From positions 22,630,001 to 22,694,000 of the forward strand of contig OZ038379.1 in NCBI GenBank assembly GCA_964036045.1: a stretch of 64,000 nt of DNA. The letters run 5' to 3'. The position numbers and the translations under genes are program-made. Within the stretch, counting starts at the first letter, position 1. Every line of letters begins with the position of its first letter. Of the stretch, positions 62,297 through 64,000 are shown one piece after another. The stretch is from Eutreptiella sp. 'Long Island Sound 2002' (Eukaryota > Protista > Euglenida). The notes under the pieces were generated by a model, which saw only the letters and a list, made by a program, of their open reading frames with translations, ran no database searches and was not told the DNA's origin.

Positions 62297-64000
62297 GGGG
62301 CGTTCCAGACGAACTTCCCCTCCCCGCGCCAGTCACTCTGGGGTGGGACGCCGGGGACGTGTTCTCTCCGGGGGCCGTGGCCCACGACCACCTCAAGCTT
62401 CTGGCCCGGGACTCCGTGTGTCCGGGGCGCCCCTCTGCCCATGCCCAGTGGGGAATTGTATTCGGCATTTCTGGCGCCGTGTGCGGCGTGCGGGACGTGG
62501 CCACGACGCTAGAGTGCTTACCGGGCCTCCACCCCGCGCTGGGGCACGTGTCCCTTTTTCAGGGAGACTGGCGCCTTCCCGCCATCCTTTAGCAGTGGGC
62601 GGCCCACATGGCCGTGTACCAAGTCTCGGGCGGTCATTCGGTGCAGGTGTACAGCGGTGGGGGGGGCGTCACCCACCCGCCCGGGGCTGAGGGATCAGTG
62701 ACGTGGGTACCCAGGTCAACGTACAGTCGCGGCCGGGTGGTGTTCAAAGCTGCGTCCAGCAGCTCCACCGCCTACGTTGCGGCCAACATCGACGCACGGG
62801 CACTGGGGCGGTATTTGCGGCGCTCCACGGCGCTAGAGCTCCCCACCAAGGTCCGGCAAGCCGTCCTCCGCCGGTTGGAACACGCGGCGGGTCCCACTGG
62901 CCGGGGGACGCTTGACACCCTCTCTGGGGGCACCGCCAGCGACCACCGCGGACTCGGGGACCTTCGGGCAGTCACCCTGAACCTCCGGAGAGGCCTAATG
63001 GGTAAGATGCCGGCCCTGGGGTCTTGTCTGCGCGGTTGGGGTTATCCGGACTTGGTGGGACTACAGGAAGTGGGCAAGCTGCCCGCCAACATGGTGGTCC
63101 ACGCCATGTACTGGGCCACATTCACCCCCGCGGCGCATCCGGCGGCCGGGCTGGGGTTGCTGGTGCGGTGGCATCCCACCTTTCGGGAGGTATGGCGGGA
63201 TATGCACTCCAGCGGGCGCGGCGTTGCCCTGGAATACCACTGTCGGGGGGGACACATCCTGGCGGTGGTGGTGTATTTCCCGGCCGACCAGGACTTGGAC
63301 GTGGTGCGTAGCATCCTGTCAAGGGTCCTGGGCGTCATGGCCCCCCGTCGTGGGGTGTATACCCTGATGATGGGGGATCTCAACGCCAACCCGGGATGGG
63401 CGACAAGCTTCCGGCAGGCCCCGGCTGCCCTCACCATCCTATGGGAGGAGTTTGTCCAGGACACTGGCCTGGTCCGTTGTCACTCCACCTCCGAGGCGCC
63501 CACGTGGACCGACGGGCGGGGGTGCGTGGGGGTGATTGACCACATGCTACAAGGCCCTGCCCCAAAGGAGGGACATCTGTGGGTGGACGAGGCCTCCCCC
63601 TTCCCCTCTGACCACCGCCCGGTGGTGTGGGACGCCCGGGATTTCCAGGACCCGGAGGACAGACCCCCGGTGCGGCTGCGTGCCAGGCATTTCCAGATTC
63701 GCGACCCGGGCATCACGGGCAGCTACCATGCGGCCTTGTCAGCGGCCCGCCGGGAGGAGGGTTTGCGACCCGCGAGTCTGACGGCTCTGTACGAGTATTT
63801 CCTGGCCTCCACCATACGAGTGGTGGAGAGGGCCCATGGCCCCCCTCGTGAATTCGGGGAGCTCCCGGGGCGTGTGGACCAGGTCCACCGTCAGCTCCAG
63901 GCACACGCTAAGCGGTGCCCACGGTGGTGGGAGTCACTGGACACGCTCAAAGAGCGTTTGGATCTCCGCCAGGACCTGGCGCAAGCCGGGGAGGTGGGGA
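62297..64000 (+). CDS. LINE ORF2 N-terminus: unknown domain plus apurinic-type (EEP) endonuclease; one in-frame TAG at 62590; truncated by the window
   Basis: Frame is open from 62593 to 64000: LRAVTLNLRRGL, LVGLQEV, VVYFP, MMGDLNAN, PTW, VIDHML, FPSDHRPV. All canonical APE catalytic motifs are present (about 62962-63630). Confidence 0.9.

Larger units (their letters stand above)
53880..64000 (+). mobile_element. Large APE-type non-LTR retrotransposon (LINE), 5' portion; the 5' boundary is inferred
   Basis: Order: GC-rich leader, 227-bp duplication, 29x ~103-bp array, ORF1-like region, ORF2 with AP endonuclease open to the window end. Confidence 0.7.

Overview
This is eukaryotic, repeat-dense genomic DNA with kb-long GT-AG introns. 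A euglenid-like protist is my guess, by inference only. I could assemble three spliced host genes by hand, all on the + strand: (1) the 3' part of an RNI-like leucine-rich-repeat gene (exons 1070-1370, 1878-2084, 6421-6974); (2) a 360-aa signal-anchored FkbM-family methyltransferase (24038-24343, 29111-29416, 31005-31195, 34895-35174); (3) a 273-aa VTI1-like Qb-SNARE with an unusually long post-TM tail (48657-48936, 49533-49596, 50145-50237, 51420-51501, 53211-53513). Introns and intergenic DNA are filled with MITEs, tRNA-like SINE heads, minisatellites and decayed DNA transposons, including a P-element-like transposase pseudogene at 42578-45066. The last ~10 kb is the 5' part of a very large APE-type non-LTR retrotransposon. 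It follows a (TGTTG)n tract and has a ~4.8 kb non-coding leader that contains a 227-bp duplication and 29 tandem ~103-bp structured monomers. A disrupted ORF1 of about 1200 codons follows, then an ORF2 with an unrecognised N-terminal domain and an intact AP-endonuclease that runs off the window. The monomer array is the most interesting object: its variable hairpin shows compensatory changes, and each unit has HDV-ribozyme-like helix order but no catalytic C. Most ORFs in the supplied track are spurious.
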